Virus record (IMG/VR): IMGVR_UViG_2563366803_000003
Length of the DNA: 17,828 bases
Direction: 5' to 3' (one strand)
Source: a virus
Lineage: Duplodnaviria; Heunggongvirae; Uroviricota; Caudoviricetes
This document shows, in pieces, positions 15,307 to 17,828 of the stretch. Each line of letters begins with the position of its first letter. Positions within the stretch are counted from its first letter, which is position 1. The notes under the pieces are model-generated. The model saw only the letters and a program-made list of their open reading frames with translations. It searched no databases and had not been told where the DNA came from. The translations under genes and the position numbers were made by a program.

Positions 15307-16389
15307 TTAGAACTGGTAAACCATACCTACAGCAACGATATCATCGGTAGCAACGCCAGATGCTTTCGTGAAATCGCTCTTATCAATCAGGTTGATTTTG
15401 TAGTCAACAAAAGTGGACATATTTTTGTTGAAGTAATAGGTTGCACCTACATCAACATATTCAACCAGGTCCTGATCACCCCAAACACCCAAGTCTTTTC
15501 CTTTAGAATGCAGGTAAGCAACGGATGGACGCAGGCCGAAGTCGAACTGATATTGTGCAACAGCTTCGAAGTTTTGTGCTTTGTTGGCAATATGGTTATT
15601 ACCAAAAACAGTCATGTTCTGGGTTTCAGAATAGGTGGTGGCCAGATAGATGTTGTTCGCATCATATTTCAGACCAGCTGCCCATACTTCAGCATTTTGA
15701 CCAGAAGCATTCAGACCGTTGTTACCGTAGATAACCTGATTATTAGTGCGATCAGATTTAGCATAGGTTGCACCTACACCGAATCCTTCATACTCATAAG
15801 TAGTGGAGAAACCGAAACCATCACCATTAGCTTCAGTTACGTCAGTGCGGTCATTTTTACCCTGATACTGAGCAGCAAAGTTCAGACCATCAACCAGACC
15901 AAAGAAGTCGTTGTTACGATAAGTTGCAACACCAGTGGTGCGACCAGTCATGAACACATCTGTTTGAGTCCAAGTGTCACCACCGAATTCTGGCAGGACG
16001 TCAGTCCACGCACCGATGTCGTATGCTACACCGTAGTTACGGCCGTAATCGATGGAGCCGTAGTCACCGAATTTCAGGCCAGCGAAGGCAAGACGGGTTT
16101 TATCTTTGGAGGAACCTTGAGATTCAGCGCGGTTGCCTTTGAATTCATATTCCCACTGACCGAAACCAGTCAGTTGATCGTTGATTTGGGTTTCACCTTT
16201 GAAGCCAAGACGGGCATAAGTAGTATCACCATCATCTGCATCATTAGAGGAGAAGTAGTGCTTAGCATTAACTTTCCCGTACAGATCCAGCTTGTTACTG
16301 TCTTTATTATAAATTTCAGCTGCCTGAGCAGACATCGCCATCAGTACTGATGCAGCTACAGCAGAAATTGCCACTGTTAATTTTTTCAT
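15307..16389 (-). CDS. nmpC: Outer-membrane general porin of the NmpC/OmpD/OmpC family, intact (360 aa with signal peptide)
   Basis: Signal peptide [23 protein letters not shown], beta-barrel porin sequence ending ...VGMVYQF; opposite orientation to the phage late genes (moron). Confidence 0.9.
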   Translation of the reverse strand: MKKLTVAISAVAASVLMAMSAQAAEIYNKDSNKLDLYGKVNAKHYFSSNDADDGDTTYARLGFKGETQINDQLTGFGQWEYEFKGNRAESQGSSKDKTRLAFAGLKFGDYGSIDYGRNYGVAYDIGAWTDVLPEFGGDTWTQTDVFMTGRTTGVATYRNNDFFGLVDGLNFAAQYQGKNDRTDVTEANGDGFGFSTTYEYEGFGVGATYAKSDRTNNQVIYGNNGLNASGQNAEVWAAGLKYDANNIYLATTYSETQNMTVFGNNHIANKAQNFEAVAQYQFDFGLRPSVAYLHSKGKDLGVWGDQDLVEYVDVGATYYFNKNMSTFVDYKINLIDKSDFTKASGVATDDIVAVGMVYQF

Positions 16390-16978
16390 CGTGAGCCCTT
16401 TTTTTTGAACTATTATTAAAAAATGATGTCACTGCGCGATAAATATTCATCTAATCAATGTGATTATTTCAAGATGTAAGTTTTAGTTTCTCATTTAATT
16501 TGTGAAGTAGATCTCTATTTTTATCTGAACTTTTTCTATCGAAACCTATTTATGGCTCTTATTTGAACAAAAATAAACCTATTAGCTAATTTATATTAAT
16601 GGCTGTTATTTATGGGGGGGTCTATAATTCGATGGTTTAATTTAAATTAACTAAAAATAACGCCGGAAATTATTTATTGGTTATTTGTTGAGGTTTTCTT
16701 ATGTATTTGTGGTGGTGTTTTGAACACTCGGTAGCATTCTCATAAATATCATTCAGTGGTTTACGTACGTAAAAAATTGGTTATGCTGTTAAGAGTGGTT
16801 ACTTCGTCACACAGCTTAAACCCGCCGTCGAGCTGGTTTTTCCATTTTTTGAGTCTCGATATTAGCTGATAACTCAATACCTGAGTTATTCACTGACTCC
16901 GAGTCTGTTACGTTTCTGCTTTTTTGCGATACGTTGTATTCCCTCAATTTACACCCGCTTTGTCTGCGAGGTGGGGTT

Positions 16979-17194
16979 ATGAAATCCATGGATAAGTTAA
17001 CAACGGGTGTCGCCTATGGCACCTCAGCAGGTAGTGCCGGTTACTGGTTTTTACAGCTGCTCGATAAAGTCACGCCCTCACAGTGGGCAGCAATAGGTGT
17101 GCTGGGTAGCCTGGTATTTGGCCTGCTGACGTACCTGACAAACCTTTATTTCAAGATTAAAGAAGATAAGCGCAAGGCTGCGAGAGGTGAATAA
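16979..17194 (+). CDS. essD: Class II holin / pinholin of the S21 family (71 aa) with dual-start motif MKSMDK
   Basis: Translation [71 protein letters not shown]; two TM segments; stop overlaps endolysin start (TAATG). Confidence 0.85.
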
Positions 17195-17599
17195 TGCCTC
17201 CATCATTACGAAAAGCCGTTGCTGCTGCTATTGGTGGCGGAGCAATTGCTATAGCATCAGTGTTAATCACTGGCCCAAGTGGTAACGATGGTCTGGAAGG
17301 TGTCAGCTACATACCATACAAAGATATTGTTGGTGTATGGACCGTATGTCACGGGCATACAGGAAAAGACATCATGCTCGGTAAAACGTATACCAAAGCA
17401 GAATGCAAAGCACTCTTGAATAAAGACCTTGCCACTGTCGCCAGACAAATTAACCCATACATCGAAGTCGATATACCGGAAACAACGCGCGGCGCTCTTT
17501 ACTCATTCGTTTACAACGTGGGTGCTGGCAATTTCAGAACATCGACGCTTCTTCGCAAAATAAACCAGGGCGATATCAAAGGCGCATGTGATCAGTTAC
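17194..17599 (+). pseudogene. rrrD: SAR-endolysin (RrrD/R21-like lysozyme) truncated near codon 135 by IS2 insertion
   Basis: N-terminal signal-anchor-release segment [20 protein letters not shown]; lysozyme core; frame continues into the IS2 terminus giving a chimeric tail [16 protein letters not shown]. Confidence 0.8.
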
Positions 17600-17828
17600 T
17601 AGACTGGCCCCCTGAATCTCCAGACAACCAATATCACTTATTTAAGTGATAGTCTTAATACTAGTTTTTAGACTAGTCATTGGAGAACAGATGATTGATG
17701 TCTTAGGGCCGGAGAAACGCAGACGGCGTACCACACAGGAAAAGATCGCAATTGTTCAGCAGAGCTTTGAACCGGGGATGACGGTCTCCCTCGTTGCCCG
17801 GCAACATGGTGTAGCAGCCAGCCAGTTA
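17600..17828 (+). mobile_element. IS2 (IS3 family), terminal part only; continues beyond window
   Basis: Terminus tagactggccccctgaatctccagacaaccaatatcacttaa and downstream orfA (insC) start match IS2 as recalled. Confidence 0.85.
17691..17828 (+). CDS. insC: IS2 OrfA (InsC) transposase N-terminal part, partial at window end
   Basis: Translation [46 protein letters not shown]. Confidence 0.85.

Noticed and set aside
15508-16350. 280-aa + strand ORF
   Set aside because: Completely antisense to the porin gene, which has a signal peptide and a typical C-terminal Phe; the antisense frame is spurious.

Overview
This window is an E. coli-type chromosomal locus: fimZ (cut by IS1), tRNA-Arg(UCU) argU, and a DLP12-like lambdoid prophage integrated at argU. 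The prophage early region is far more complete than the K-12 DLP12 remnant as I recall it. It carries int/xis, small b-region genes, a lambda-like Red module (exo, bet, gam), a Kil-like ORF, a cI-like repressor with divergent YdaS-type cro and YdaT-type gene, replication genes O (with internal ori iterons) and P, ren, and the emrE moron. A second IS1 then joins a truncated ybcK-like serine recombinase directly to the 3' end of rusA, so the nin region is deleted. Downstream are ylcG, antiterminator Q, an intact nmpC-like porin moron on the opposite strand, an S21-like pinholin, and a SAR endolysin cut by IS2 at the window edge. The most interesting element is an AT-rich two-gene operon (6739-8387, minus strand) sitting exactly where lambda carries rexAB, between cI and the predicted pL: an HTH plus ImmA/IrrE-type HExxH metallopeptidase, translationally coupled to a DUF4411 PIN-like protein. 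I read this as a candidate prophage-encoded anti-phage / superinfection-exclusion module. All assignments rest on reading the translations and motifs by eye and on recalled family and reference sequences; no database search was run.
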